Shown here: positions 20,185-31,418 of the stretch, piece by piece
How the letters are laid out: each line of letters opens with the position of its first letter
Numbering within the stretch: the first letter of the stretch is position 1
From: Thermoprotei archaeon
Lineage (GTDB): Archaea; Thermoproteota; Thermoprotei_A; Sulfolobales; Sulfolobaceae
DNA: 64,000 nt
Reading direction: 5' to 3'
Assembly (NCBI GenBank): GCA_049973945.1
Contig: JBMFJH010000005.1
Location: 11,441 to 75,440 of the forward strand
Notes under the pieces: model-generated
The model's database searches: none
Seen by the model: the letters and a program-made list of their open reading frames with translations, nothing else
What the model was told of the DNA's origin: nothing
Program-made: the position numbers and the translations under genes

Positions 20185-21384
20185 CTAATCTCCTTTCAAG
20201 TACTTTCCGTCGATCACTAAACGCGTGTCTATTAACCATGTATCGGGTTCAAGGCTCAACATTCGCTCGCAGAACTTATACTTTTCCCGAAGATTCCTGT
20301 TTCTAGACCTGAGGTTGCCTTTAAATTCTAGGTGCCCTTCTCTATTCGTTCTTAGAAATACACGTACCGAAGACGTACTACCAGTCGTAATCCTGTAGGT
20401 AACAGACTCTAAACCCCTAGACCTCACACGTAGCCTCGTTTCGTTTCCTATACCAACAGGAACCGATTCAACAAGTAGTTCGGGCGGCTCAATGGATCTA
20501 GACAAGTAGTTGACAAACCTCGAATACTCGGGCAGGTGAAGATGCTCGAAGAATATCCTGGTAAGTGTTAGGTGGCCGAAGTACGCTGCAAGTGCACTCG
20601 ACAGAACATAGTTTTTGAAGTTTAAGACGTCTCGCGACATCATACCACTTGCGTCGACATGCAAACGAGTGGGTCCGCTTCCTTGGTGCCCACCCGGACC
20701 GCCCCTACCCCTCGCTCCTGATGCGCCTGTCAAAGCCCTCAAATCGCCTGTATCGATTACCTGCAAGTATGCTTTGTAGAGTCCAAAAGCGGTGGCCATC
20801 GCCTCTTCGTCCTTCTGACCGTGTGCAGGTCCGCCGGCCCAGTGGTATCGTTCGTGATTGAACAGGTAAGTCAACGAGACGTCCCTGGTGACTTTAGCAG
20901 CGACGTTTTTAACTAGTTCAAAGGGGATCCCTAGCTTTTGACCGCCACCCATCCCGCCACCCAGGTTCTTAGCTATTTGCTTGATGAACGTTCCCACGTT
21001 CGCCAGGTACAACCTCGTCACCCACCTAGCGATCCTGTCCACGTTGTAATAAACGACGTCTCTACTCGGACAATAGACGGCCAAGTACTCCATGCATTGA
21101 ATCCCCTTGAGGTAATTCTCGTATAGTTTTTCTACATCTTTGTTGAAGGACTTCGATTCCGCGAATAACTTCACCACGTCAGCAACGTCCATGTCGCTTT
21201 CGACGTCGGCACTACCTTTAGTGCGCGCAAGAATATTCAGCACCTCGTCAACATCGACGAGTAGGTCTACATAGTCGCTCCCCTTGGGCTCGAGCTCAGT
21301 CTTACGTCGGGAAAACTCCAAAACCGTTGGTGGCTCACACCTTATGTCGCAACTGTTACACTCGCAGGAATAAGCGGGAACCAT
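20185..21384 (-). CDS. hypothetical protein with HExxH motif and N-terminal Cys cluster
   Basis: 399-aa ORF in an AT-rich island; CECNSCDIRC near the N-terminus; FNHERYHW contains HExxH; Gly/Arg-rich linker RGRGGPGGHQG. Confidence 0.6.
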   Translation of the reverse strand: MVPAYSCECNSCDIRCEPPTVLEFSRRKTELEPKGSDYVDLLVDVDEVLNILARTKGSADVESDMDVADVVKLFAESKSFNKDVEKLYENYLKGIQCMEYLAVYCPSRDVVYYNVDRIARWVTRLYLANVGTFIKQIAKNLGGGMGGGQKLGIPFELVKNVAAKVTRDVSLTYLFNHERYHWAGGPAHGQKDEEAMATAFGLYKAYLQVIDTGDLRALTGASGARGRGGPGGHQGSGPTRLHVDASGMMSRDVLNFKNYVLSSALAAYFGHLTLTRIFFEHLHLPEYSRFVNYLSRSIEPPELLVESVPVGIGNETRLRVRSRGLESVTYRITTGSTSSVRVFLRTNREGHLEFKGNLRSRNRNLREKYKFCERMLSLEPDTWLIDTRLVIDGKYLKGD

Positions 21385-22252
21385 TGACGATAGATTTCAG
21401 AAGGATTTAAAAAACCTTATTTATCCTTGATCGTCAACTAGCTGTACGGTTAACATAACGGCAAAAGATACACGTGATCTATTATGGCACGAGGCAGTTG
21501 CTACTGTATTTCACGTGTAAGATAGGTTACAGCTCAAACTCACAGACATTCAACGATAACCCACCCTGACGTTGTACTTCGCTGGCCTGGCTGGCTTTTC
21601 ATCTTTTAACGTAATAGGTCGACTGAGTGACCCATCGTTAAAACTCTAAGCGACTCATAGAAGGACGATGACTAGGTAGCTTAATTGTCCATAACTGAGC
21701 TTTATGGCAAGAGAAGCGTCGGATGCTACTGGGAGAATGGCAGGGAAAAATAGCTCACATAAAGTAACTAAGGTTGCGCCACTATAGGAGGCTAAACAGA
21801 CTCTCTAGTAAGTTCTTGACACTTGGAGTAAAGTCCTCAGAACCTTTAACTTATTCATGTATATGTGTCATGATATGAATGGTTAGTAAGTTGATGACGA
21901 AACCCTAGTTAATTAATTGAATAACTACCCCTTAAGGGATGATCAAGCTGGCTTTACATTTGTGACAAATGCTAGTAGCGATTCCGTGTTTACTAATTAA
22001 GCCGATTTTTATAGGGCTGTTTAGAATCGAAATTTTCTAACTTTTTCATGAATTATCGTCAAGGCAATATCGCTTCTCTCAGAGTCCAGTCAAGAGCTCA
22101 GGATCTCCTTCTTCGAAAGCGAGATAAATCGGAGGGTTTGACCGTCGGCGTTAAAACCCCCTGAGCCTAGTTACTAACACAAGCTCTGATTTCTAATTAT
22201 CACTTCGTCTCTTTTCTTGAGTGATAATCGTTTGACCAGTCGACGCGTTGGA

Positions 22253-22534
22253 CTACGTCTTTTTAGTTTTTCCCATTCCCATAATAGCGAGGTGGAGGGG
22301 GGTATTACCTTCAGCATTTCGGGCGTTGACGTCGGCACCATGTTCGACCAAGAATTTTACGATATCGAGATAACCGTACCAGGCCGCTAGGTGGAGGGGG
22401 GTATTGCCATCTTTGTCTCTAATGTTCACATCACATTGGTGGATTTCGACTAAATATTTGACGCGTTGTAGATCTCCTTCCTCAACGGCTTCAAACAATT
22501 CCTCACAGTTTACATTGGCCATGTGATACGACAA
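22253..22534 (-). CDS. ankyrin-repeat protein
   Basis: Two canonical ANK units (DKDGNTPLHLAAWYGYLDIVKFLVEHGADVN, ARNAEGNTPLHLAI) plus an N-terminal capping unit; 93 aa; AT-rich codon usage. Confidence 0.8.
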   Translation of the reverse strand: MSYHMANVNCEELFEAVEEGDLQRVKYLVEIHQCDVNIRDKDGNTPLHLAAWYGYLDIVKFLVEHGADVNARNAEGNTPLHLAIMGMGKTKKT

Positions 22535-22865
22535 GATTAGACAATTATTAAATGTTTCGATATTATGCTAAGGCCTCGCTCTTAAGGTGCGTCTAAAAGA
22601 TATAACCCGTTAGGAGATCCCTCGTCGTTGGCTTCGCAAATGACCCCCCGGAACGAGAAGAGGTGCTCGGGGCCCACCTCGCTACCGGGCCCGACGCGCG
22701 CCGCGAACGCCCCTATAGTCTCGTAATCCGAGCCACTCGAAAAGGGTTTGAGTGACAGCCGTGGACGCACGTAGAGTGAACGCTTTTAATGTCTTTAGCC
22801 CTTCCTAAAACTGCGACGTCATTCAAGTTGTCGACTTCGACGAACTCGAGGAGAGGAAGAGAGCT

Positions 22866-23336
22866 ATGGCCGTGGCGGCCAAGCTCGGGAACGACGCAGT
22901 CCTGCAAAGGGTGGTCGAGCTCCTCGCCGAGGACGTGCGAGACGAGGAGGCCTGCTCCGCCCTCTCCGACGGGATTAAGGCGGTGGTCATCGCGTGGGGG
23001 AGGTAGAGGGCCGTCGTGCTCTTCGTCCTCATGAGGGAGAAGTACGGGGCCGAGCTCTACCAGATCCGCGACGACCTGGTGATCGCGGTGGACAAGGTGA
23101 AGCTCAACGAGTTCCTCAAGAACGAGGGCGTCTTCATCGTGGTCGACAAGAAGAGGGTGAAGTTCGTGAGCGAGGTAGAGCTGGACGGCTCCACGATACC
23201 GGTCCTGATACAGGAGGAGCCCCTCAACTTCATCTACGACCTGATGTACGTGGACAGGGAAGACCACATGGCGTTGTGCAGCCCCAACCTCATCCAGGCG
23301 GGCCTGCGGGCGCACGCGCAGTCGTCTAAGCGTTAG
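22866..23336 (+). pseudogene. disrupted paralog of 15018-15572 (in-frame TAG)
   Basis: ATG 22866 and ORF 23016-23336 share one frame, separated by TAG at 23004-23006 (..KAVVIAWGR*RAVVLFVLMREKYG..). The homologous N-terminus (VVDFDELEERKR) has no start codon. Confidence 0.65.
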
Positions 23337-23671
23337 GGTAGCCGAGCGCCGCGATAAATTACCCTCTCCTTCGCCCCTCCTCCTCGAGGCGACGGTAGCT
23401 GGGACAGGGGGCTCGCCCTAGGAGCTGGGGTAAGGTGGCGGGACTAAAAATGCGTGAATCGAGTTAGCCGTATCCCCACCCGCGACGCTACGGTGGGGGG
23501 AAGCGTCTGTCGGTACGGCAGTCCCGACCTCCCAAGTCTGGAAGGGTGCGTGAGGGACTGCCGTCGCAACGTTTTACTTCCGCGTTCAATGAACCCGGCG
23601 GAGAGTCCCTGGACGCGGGGAGATAGAAGCGCGGGACGTCCGCGACGCGGAGGGCCACCTCTCAGGGAACC

Positions 23672-23902
23672 TCAGTCCAACCCGCTCAACTTCCTTATTA
23701 AGGCGTCCCTGCTGACCCTCCCAGTCGCCCTTAGCCGGGCCTCCGCCCTCAGTGCTGCGGTCGTTTCGGTCGGTCGACTCCACATGCTAAGCACCCACAA
23801 CACGCTGTTGGGGTCGGTGACGGCCTTGACTTTGAACTCGCGGTTCATCAGGACTATCATGTAGCAGTCCTTCACGCCGTCGACGTACCTGATACAAACC
23901 AT
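23672..23902 (-). CDS. hypothetical small protein
   Basis: 76-aa ORF only; moderate coding look. Confidence 0.35.
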   Translation of the reverse strand: MVCIRYVDGVKDCYMIVLMNREFKVKAVTDPNSVLWVLSMWSRPTETTAALRAEARLRATGRVSRDALIRKLSGLD

Positions 23903-23949
23903 CGTGCTTGTCGCGGAGATCTTTTACGTTTCGACGCCGTCTATGTCGC

Positions 23950-24174
23950 TCAACGGCCTGAACGGGTCGAATATATCATCGGCATCGTCTTACCGCAGTT
24001 CTTCACGATGCAGTTGATCACGACGAGCTTGACCGTCTTGTCCAGGTCGTTCCTGTGCAACAGCCTCAGCAGGGCCTGTGGCTCGTCTGACTCGTCGCTG
24101 TTGTCGCCCAGGGCTTCGGTTATGATCCTGATGAAGTCGGAGGGCGAGACCGACTGGCCCTGCACCACGATCAA
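23950..24174 (-). CDS. hypothetical small protein
   Basis: 74-aa ORF, 4-nt overlap with the upstream ORF 24171-24617 suggests an operon. Confidence 0.4.
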   Translation of the reverse strand: MIVVQGQSVSPSDFIRIITEALGDNSDESDEPQALLRLLHRNDLDKTVKLVVINCIVKNCGKTMPMIYSTRSGR

Positions 24175-24617
24175 CCACCTGGTTGAGGTTTGACTTCAGC
24201 GGTCTCGGCCTCTTCCTGGCTCGGTGGCTTAATCTTGACGGAGAAGCAGATGGGGAAGCCTGGGACTTCGTTGATGTCGTCTGGGTTCACGTTGATTTCG
24301 GTGGCGTGCTTAATCAGTTTCGCCCTCATTTTCGCCACGAGTTCACAGAACTTGGTCTCGGGAACACGACACACTGACGTCGCTATATACGCGTCTATCG
24401 ACGATGCAATGATGCCAGATATGACGATATCTTTCATTTCCTCTGGGATGTATATTTGAATCTTGTCCCTCTCGTTGACGAACTTTACCACGCCGTTCTC
24501 GTCAACGACATAATATTCACTCGGTGGCACTGCGTTAAGGCATTTGACGAGGTATTCCATGACGGGTTCTGGTATAATTATCCTATCGTCTTCCTTGCCA
24601 AGAACGTAGTACTTCAT
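24171..24617 (-). CDS. hypothetical protein
   Basis: 148-aa ORF, AT-richer codon usage, ATG start preceded by an AT-rich region. Confidence 0.5.
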   Translation of the reverse strand: MKYYVLGKEDDRIIIPEPVMEYLVKCLNAVPPSEYYVVDENGVVKFVNERDKIQIYIPEEMKDIVISGIIASSIDAYIATSVCRVPETKFCELVAKMRAKLIKHATEINVNPDDINEVPGFPICFSVKIKPPSQEEAETAEVKPQPGG

Positions 24618-24953
24618 AGATATCCCCTAATCCCCCATCTTGACTGATAATAAGCTTTACGTGAGTTTGACACTGGTCATCGGTTCCCTTTACAACGGTA
24701 CGCGACCCAGGCTGGTGGCCACGAACCTCACCGAAAGGATAAAACTCTTCAAGGTGGCGATCTTCCTGAACCTAGAGCCCTGCAAGAGCCTATCCGAGCG
24801 TAGGTAGCGGGCCTCCAGGCTCGCAAATACCGGATGCCAAGCAAGCTCAGAGACTTCGTGAACGGGTGAGGGTCATACGCTAACCGACGCCGGGGCCTTT
24901 GCTCCGACCGAAGAGGTTTGCGAGATGATTTGGAAAATCTGACCCCCGCCCGA

Positions 24954-25286
24954 TCACGAGTAGGGGCAGATCGTCCCGTACAGGCACGACTTGCAGAAGG
25001 GGTTCCTCTCTTCCTCGACCTCCTCCAGGAGGCTCGACAGGTAATCCAGCGCGCCGGCGTTGGGTATCACCAGATCGCCTACGTCTTCGCCCGGCGTGGT
25101 CGGGACTATCAGGGTCGCGCGGCTCTCCTCCCCCCTCATGCACATGTAAGCGATGATCACGGCCCTCCCGTAGATGTGCCTCAGGCTCCGCCTGCTTATC
25201 GTCGATTCGACGACCAGGTTCCCCACGACCGAGTCTGGGATCCCCACCACCCCCACCCACTCGCCGGCTAAGAAGTAGACTTCCAT
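24954..25286 (-). CDS. hypothetical protein
   Basis: 110-aa ORF; C-terminal CKSCLYGTICP Cys pattern. Confidence 0.4.
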   Translation of the reverse strand: MEVYFLAGEWVGVVGIPDSVVGNLVVESTISRRSLRHIYGRAVIIAYMCMRGEESRATLIVPTTPGEDVGDLVIPNAGALDYLSSLLEEVEEERNPFCKSCLYGTICPYS

Positions 25287-25659
25287 CCTCAGACCAGCAG
25301 TGGCGTGAGGCCCCGAGGGGAGCTCGGTGACCGCCGGGCTTGCGACAAAGCGGTTGGGGGACTGGGTCTTCGAACGTTCAGGGTGCGAGTTGAAGGGGAA
25401 GCCTCGGATAACGGCGAGAAGTACGGCGACTACCGGTCGCCGGTGTTACCCGTCGGGGGGCCGAGGTTTCGCGGAGCGGCTCATAGCTCGCCCCTCGACA
25501 GTCCGCCTGGGTCGGGCTTGCATTGCGGCCGAACCGGCTAAGGACTCGTCGAACGCTGACGGAGGGGAGGCTCCTCGGAGGGCCATAGCGGTCGTAGCGG
25601 CGCAACCGGGCCTAAAAAACCCGCCGCTACGCTTAAATCCCGTCTCGGGACTTCACCTC

Positions 25660-25914
25660 GTGGGCGACGAGGACGTCCTTTTCTTCCTCGAGATGACCGA
25701 GCTGCTCGGCCTGGACTGCGTCGATCAAGAGGAGTTCAACAGGGTGTCGCTCACCGAGAACCTGGACTTGTACGTCCAAAGGTTGAAGCTCCTCTGCTCG
25801 AAAGGGTTGTACGACCAGGTGAGGAACGTCAGGGCCCTGAAGAACTGCGACCCCGAGGAGGTCTGCAACGCGGTGCTGGGGGCGAGGGAGAAGTTCGGCT
25901 GGCTGTTCGAGTAA
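25660..25914 (+). CDS. hypothetical small protein
   Basis: Only the last ~85 codons of ORF 25327-25914 look coding; GTG 25660 or ATG 25693 as start. Confidence 0.35.
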   Translation: MGDEDVLFFLEMTELLGLDCVDQEEFNRVSLTENLDLYVQRLKLLCSKGLYDQVRNVRALKNCDPEEVCNAVLGAREKFGWLFE

Positions 25915-26068
25915 GGCCCTCCGCCGACTCCACAGCGATCGACGCGAGCTACCCAGAGAACTTCAGCAGCGACGAGGCTAGCCCTACTTCCTTACCCGCG
26001 TCCGCGGTGTTCTCGAACAACCCCGGCCGAAGCCCAGTCAACGATTTAATTGCCAAATCAAATTAATA

Positions 26069-26440
26069 GTGCCCATGCGCATCCTCACCTTCGACATCCA
26101 GGACGGACTCCAGCCCCCGCCAGGAGCGGGGGAGGTCTTGGTCGAGACGATCGGGTCGATAATGGAGTTCTCCGGCGCGGACGTGATGGCCGTGATCGAA
26201 GTGGTGCCCAGGGGTAAGGGCGAGTACGACACGGTAGTCCGCCTCAACGACGACGAAGCGAACGACCTAGTCCAGGAGGTGAGGCTCGCCGTGACGGCCC
26301 TGGGGGAGGACTTGGTCGACGTCCTTATGGACTACCCCGACCCGGAGGACAGGTACGCGGCGGTAGTGATCCTGCACAACAGGAGGCCCTTCATCGTAAT
26401 ATTGGGGAAGCGACAGACGATGTGCCCGCGCACGAACTGA
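26069..26440 (+). CDS. hypothetical protein
   Basis: 123-aa ORF, acidic, host-like codon usage. Confidence 0.45.
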   Translation: MPMRILTFDIQDGLQPPPGAGEVLVETIGSIMEFSGADVMAVIEVVPRGKGEYDTVVRLNDDEANDLVQEVRLAVTALGEDLVDVLMDYPDPEDRYAAVVILHNRRPFIVILGKRQTMCPRTN

Positions 26441-27134
26441 GTTTACGCCTGGCTACCTGTGACGCTTAGATAGCCAAAGGCGCGCTCCTTCCCCCGTCGT
26501 TTCCCGCCCCAGTCCCTTTTTCCCGTTTTACCCTGGCCTTACCTGAGGGGACGTAGCTGAGACGCCTCATTTCTTGCTCGGACTTTCACCCTCGTATCTG
26601 GGGATCGACGTCACGTACCTTATTTCCACTGTCCGCGGGAGCTCATATCCTGCCGGGCCGACGAAGAGCTACGCGTACCACACCGCTACGCGTACAAGGC
26701 CGTGAGGGCTTCCGTGACAGCTCGTCAGGAGTTGAAGGGTAAAACTGACCGAGGGCGTGGCGGTGGTTACTTCAGCTCCAGGATGGTAGAGGCGACGGGT
26801 GGACATTTACCGGAGTGAAAGGGTAATTGGGAAAAGGCGTTTGACAAAATTTCCAATTTTATTATGAACATACAAAATATTCGTTTTCTTTCGTGCGAGT
26901 TTGTATAACTGGTCTCCTTTTACCCTTGCGGGGAGAGCGGCTTCCCGACCCTTCCAGACCCGCAGGGCTCCCGGTAGTCTTGCAAACGTTTACCTAAGCG
27001 AGAACTGAACGGTGAACTTTCCGTAGCACGGTTTTCCACCGCGTCCCGAACTGTTGGGAAATCGTCCCAGGAAAGCGTAGGCCCGCCCCGCGATTAAAAA
27101 AGCGTAATTTAAACGCCCTCCGAGCCGACCCGGG

Positions 27135-27809
27135 CTAGTCCTCCCCCTCGAGGAAATCGGGTACGTCCACCCCGTGCAGCCTCGCGAAGTTCCCGACGCT
27201 ACTGACGAACGCCTCGAACTCGCCGTCCTGCGCCACGGCGTCGAGCTGCCCGTTGACCACTTGCCTGAACGCGAAGTAGTCCATGACCCTCTCGTTCCCG
27301 TTGGAGTCGTAAGTGTATATCGAGGTCCTGCCTCCCCCCTCCGAGAGGTACACCGAGACGTCGTAGTCCGGGAATTTGATCACCACGTCCGGCTCCTCCG
27401 CCTCGTAGTCGCTTACAGGTTCCACGTAGACCGTGTTCCCGCTGGCGAGGAGGAAGGCGTTTATGTAGAACTCGCGCAGTTCCCTGTAGACGCTCGAGAA
27501 GTAGTACATCACCCTCGAGTACACCTTCCCCCTGATGACGTCCAAGTCGAGGTCCCTGATCCTGATCTCGGCGCCGCTTAACTCTGCGTACTTGACTCGA
27601 AGCGGCACCTTCCACTCCCCGATCACGAAGTCGTACAGGTTGTAGGCTATGTCGAACAGGTTGCCGTACCTCACTATCACTTCCTCCAGCGGAGTGTCCG
27701 AGGTCACGAGCAGGAAGCGGTTCTCCTTCCCGACTTCCTCGATGAGCTTGTCGACGAGATCCTCGATGAAGACGATGAGCCTAGTCGTGTCCTTGTTTAT
27801 CTTCACCAC
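27135..27809 (-). CDS. hypothetical protein
   Basis: 224-aa ORF with good coding look, next to the trailer end of CRISPR array 1. Confidence 0.6.
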   Translation of the reverse strand: MVKINKDTTRLIVFIEDLVDKLIEEVGKENRFLLVTSDTPLEEVIVRYGNLFDIAYNLYDFVIGEWKVPLRVKYAELSGAEIRIRDLDLDVIRGKVYSRVMYYFSSVYRELREFYINAFLLASGNTVYVEPVSDYEAEEPDVVIKFPDYDVSVYLSEGGGRTSIYTYDSNGNERVMDYFAFRQVVNGQLDAVAQDGEFEAFVSSVGNFARLHGVDVPDFLEGED

Positions 27810-28002
27810 CCCGGTTCAGACGGCGGGGCGGAGTATAAGCTTTCCCCGCTTTTTCGTTCGGCGATGAAGCGGTGAAGGCAGGCCTTCGATGGGGGGGGGG
27901 GTGACTACTAACGCAGTTAAGCGGCTGTCCCCAGCCGCTTGTCCGCTTTTATGGAGGGTTAAGACAGTCTACCCCTTGGTCTAACGTAGAGTCAGCATAT
28001 AA

Positions 28003-29875
28003 CTTTCAATTTCATTGGGGATTAACGCAGGTGGTCGAATACCCCATTTCGACGTACTTGCTGAGGACTTTCAATTCCTTGAGGATTACCTATGTTATCA
28101 TTACGTAGCATATCGGCGACCTGGTGTAACTTTCGTTCCGTGTATGAGGATTATGGGCATTGTCTTCTCTCAGGCTTGTGAGCCCCCACTTGTCTTTCAA
28201 TTCCATAGAGGATTATCTTAACGAATAGAAAGTTTTTAAAGTTATGGAAAGACACAAACTTTCAATTCCATAGAGGATTATCGGAACTCTGCGGCGATAA
28301 CTGTTGGGATATTTGTGAGGAAGCTTTCAATTCCATAGAGGATTATCTTACAACAACGCAAAGGCGTACGACAAATACCAGATAAAGCTTTCAATTCCAT
28401 AGAGGATTATCGTATGATGGCAGAACCCCTCTCCACATCGCTGTAATGCGTACTTTCAATTCCATAGAGGATTATCCTTGAGGAAGTAAATTCCATCGCC
28501 AAGCACGTAGAGTTCTCTTTCAATTCCATAGAGGATTGTCATGGAGACAGTTAAAAAGATATCAAAATGGGTTGAGAGCGAACTTTCAATTCCATAGAGG
28601 ATTATCGCTTGTCGGCGAAAAAGGCGTTCGAACTGACAAACAAGATACTTTCAATTCCATAGAGGATTATCACGATGGTCAATTACTACGCGTCGCCGCA
28701 GTCAATTATCTTTCAATTCCATAGAGGATTATCAGTTTACGCCTTTCCAGTCTTTCACATGCACATCAAGCACTTTCAATTCCATAGAGGATTATCCAAA
28801 GTCGAATATTCCCAAACCCATTAAAGAGATATCTATCTTTCAATTCCATAGAGGATTACCTCGAGCCCGCCAAGCTTCTGGTCGCGATGAAGATTGCGAG
28901 TACTTTCAATTCCATAGAGGATTACCTTGACGCCTACGCGATCCGCCACAGGCTCAACAGGAGCGCTTTCAATTCCATAGAGGATTATTGGTTCTTCGGC
29001 TGATAAGCAACAAGCATTGTCAGCACCCCTTTCAATTCCATAGAGGATTATCGTGTTAGAAACCCCTGCTGAAACCACCCAGGAAGGGGGGCTTTCAATT
29101 CCATAGAGGATTATCTTAAAGAACTCCACGGCGTGGACATCTCGGAAGTCTTAAATCTTTCAATTCCATAGAGGATTATCTTAGCCGTCCCTGTGTTGGC
29201 CCTCGTGGCGTCATCAGCCCTTTCAATTCCATAGAGGATTATCTCTATAGAAATGTAAGTTTTGCTCTTTTAGGAGGTCTTTCAATTCCATAGAGGATTA
29301 TCCGATAACCGAGTACGCGAGTTCTTCGATGGCGTTGTAGTCCCTTTCAATTCCATAGAGGATTATCGGACACCGTGCTTCACGATGACGTACGGGACGC
29401 GTTCTGACTTTCAATTCCATAGAGGATTATCTTCCTTCCCTTTCCAAGCCAAGTCCCGCAAAGCTTAAAAACCTTTCAATTCCATAGAGGATTATTCCCT
29501 TTCCATCTTCCACAGGATGAGCTTGCCCACGATCGCTTTCAATTCCATAGAGGATTATCTCATAGGTCTGATAATCTTGACGGTTTGGCGTTTCCTCTTC
29601 TTTCAATTCCATAGAGGATTATCTATATAGATGCTGACGTGGAACTATATATTAGTTTGAAACTTTCAATTCCATAGAGGATTATCGGACATCGTTTATT
29701 ACAATATTTGAAACAAAGTTGAATATCTTTCAATTCCATAGAGGATTATCAGTGCGGAGGATGTGCGAAGCGGATGATACGTGCATCTACTTTCAATTCC
29801 ATAGAGGATTATCCCTCCGCGACGATATACCTAGCGTACCACAGCAGTTCGCTTTCAATTCCATAGAGGATTATC
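28003..29875 (-). CRISPR. CRISPR array 1: 30 repeats, 29 spacers; repeat (transcript sense) GATAATCCTCTATGGAATTGAAAG
   Basis: 24-nt repeat with a period of about 64 nt. The three repeats at the 28003 end are degenerate (trailer). A conserved leader sits at the 29876 side, so transcription is inferred on the minus strand. Confidence 0.95.
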
Positions 29876-30130
29876 TGAAAACTTATATACCTCCCCTCAT
29901 CGCCCCTTGTTTTCTGTTTTTCAAGACGCTAGTGATTAAACCACGTTATAAGCCTTACGAGAATTTTTCCCAGTTCCTATCTGGAGTTCACTTGGCGAAA
30001 AGTTGTGAACTTATCGTGCTAAAGCCAATTTCCCGGCCGCCCCCGGGAAGCCCACGTGTTCTTGACAAAGAGAATGACTTGAGGAATGGACGCGGTCGGC
30101 AGGAACCCCGGCCTAACGCAAATTCCTCGC
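29876..30130 (-). promoter_or_regulatory. leader of array 1
   Basis: Shares with the other two leaders a TATATAA-like box 6-16 nt from the first repeat, a CCxGGGAAGyCCAsGTGTTCT block, and GGACGCGGTC at about 212 nt from the repeat. Confidence 0.6.
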
Positions 30131-31418
30131 GGGACCCGGGAAGGGTCACGGGCCGAGCCCTTGAGCACGGCACGAACAACGCGGACGAACCAGCTTCACG
30201 CCCCGTTCGGGGGCCTCTAACGGCCCGAGGGCTTTCGCGCCGCCCCGCGACCTCCCTCACCTCGCCCGTCTCCACCCTTCCCCGCCCGGCCTGGGAGAAC
30301 TTTCGCCTCTCTTAATCTAGAAAAGGCGAGAGCTAGGGAGCCAACGATCTGCTACCCGGGCGTCGCGGGGCTATCCGCCTCTGAGGAGAGCGACGAGGTC
30401 GAGATCCCGACAATACGGGTTGCGACCCTGCAAAGACCTCCTCCCGGCGACTGCCCTCATTCGAGAACATCCCTTCGCCCAACGCTCCTTCACGCCGCTT
30501 CGAGAGCCCCTCGCCCTGGGCCTGCACTTTGCCCCCGCGTCGACTACCAACGGAGCTCGGCCAAGGCGCGGCCGGAAGCGTCGCGGCTTTCGATCCTCCC
30601 CAGGCGACCAATGACAGCCCGCGGGACGTCGGGATGACGGCGCGGGTCGGATCCCTTTGGGCACCGACAGCCCAGGGGTGTCGTGCGCCTCTCTGCCCCC
30701 AGCTCGCCCACGAGTCCTTCTGGGCACCGTTAGGCCCCAAGCGCCTCTCATCCACCGAGCTGAGGAACCGCGCCGTCTGGGAGCCTCCACGCTCGTACCG
30801 CCGTCCCAGGGCGTCACGACCCGTTTACTCCCGCGCGGCCCTAGAACTCATTGGCCGGGAGAGCCTCCGACTGACGTCGGTGGGGCGGACAGGGCCGTTA
30901 GCCACTCCCTGTGTATCAAGACGGCCGGGAGAGCCTAATCTGCGTCCAGACGCCTGTCTACCCGCTTTCAGTCCCACACGGACTCGTCAACGGTATCGCC
31001 GGCGCTCTTTCAGAGGCTGAGGTTCGTAGTACGGAGCGGCATGGCGTTTGGGGTCTACCCCAACGTAGGGCACACCAGGAGTGCATCTAGGAGGCCGTCT
31101 CTAACGGAAAGGGAACACCGGTTCCGAGAGGTAACGACGGGATACGACAGTGGGATGATGACAGACGGAGAGGTCCCTTCACGTTTGTCGCGAGCCCCTA
31201 CGACGGCTTCGGTCTACGCCGCGTTCTGCGGGGTCTGAGAGATGGGGGAACGGGGCAAGTCCTCCGCTTCCGGACGCCTTGAAACCGAATTTTTACGATA
31301 TGCCAAGGAGCACGACGGTGAGGTCGCGGTGCCCCTCGCAAACGATCGTCCGGTCGGAGAGGGCGGGGAACCCCCACACCCAGTCGAACGGGACACGGAA
31401 CAGAGAGGTTGTAGAAGT

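Noticed and set aside
21997-22010. 14-mer ATTAAGCCGATTTT shared with 798-811
   Set aside because: A single exact 14-mer match between two sites in 64 kb (both strands) is within chance expectation by my rough estimate, and there is no extended similarity.
28015-30315. ORFs inside the CRISPR arrays (28015-28221, 28536-28724, 28833-29129, 29427-29612, 29719-30315; also 35106-35312, 36483-36746, 46820-47020)
   Set aside because: Their translations are dominated by the periodically repeated peptide from the CRISPR repeat (FQFHRGLS / ILYGIES). They are artefacts of translating the arrays.
30333-31020. Overlapping 93-163-aa ORFs on both strands in the GC-rich tract between array 1 and 31419
   Set aside because: They are mutually overlapping, extremely Arg/Pro/Gly/Ser-rich, and lack host-like codon bias and motifs. 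They are treated as non-coding or eroded sequence.
31155-31238. Possible C/D box sRNA (ATGATGA at 31155-31161, CTGA at 31235-31238)
   Set aside because: At 84 nt it is much longer than typical archaeal C/D sRNAs. No internal C'/D' boxes and no terminal stem were recognised, so it is probably chance.
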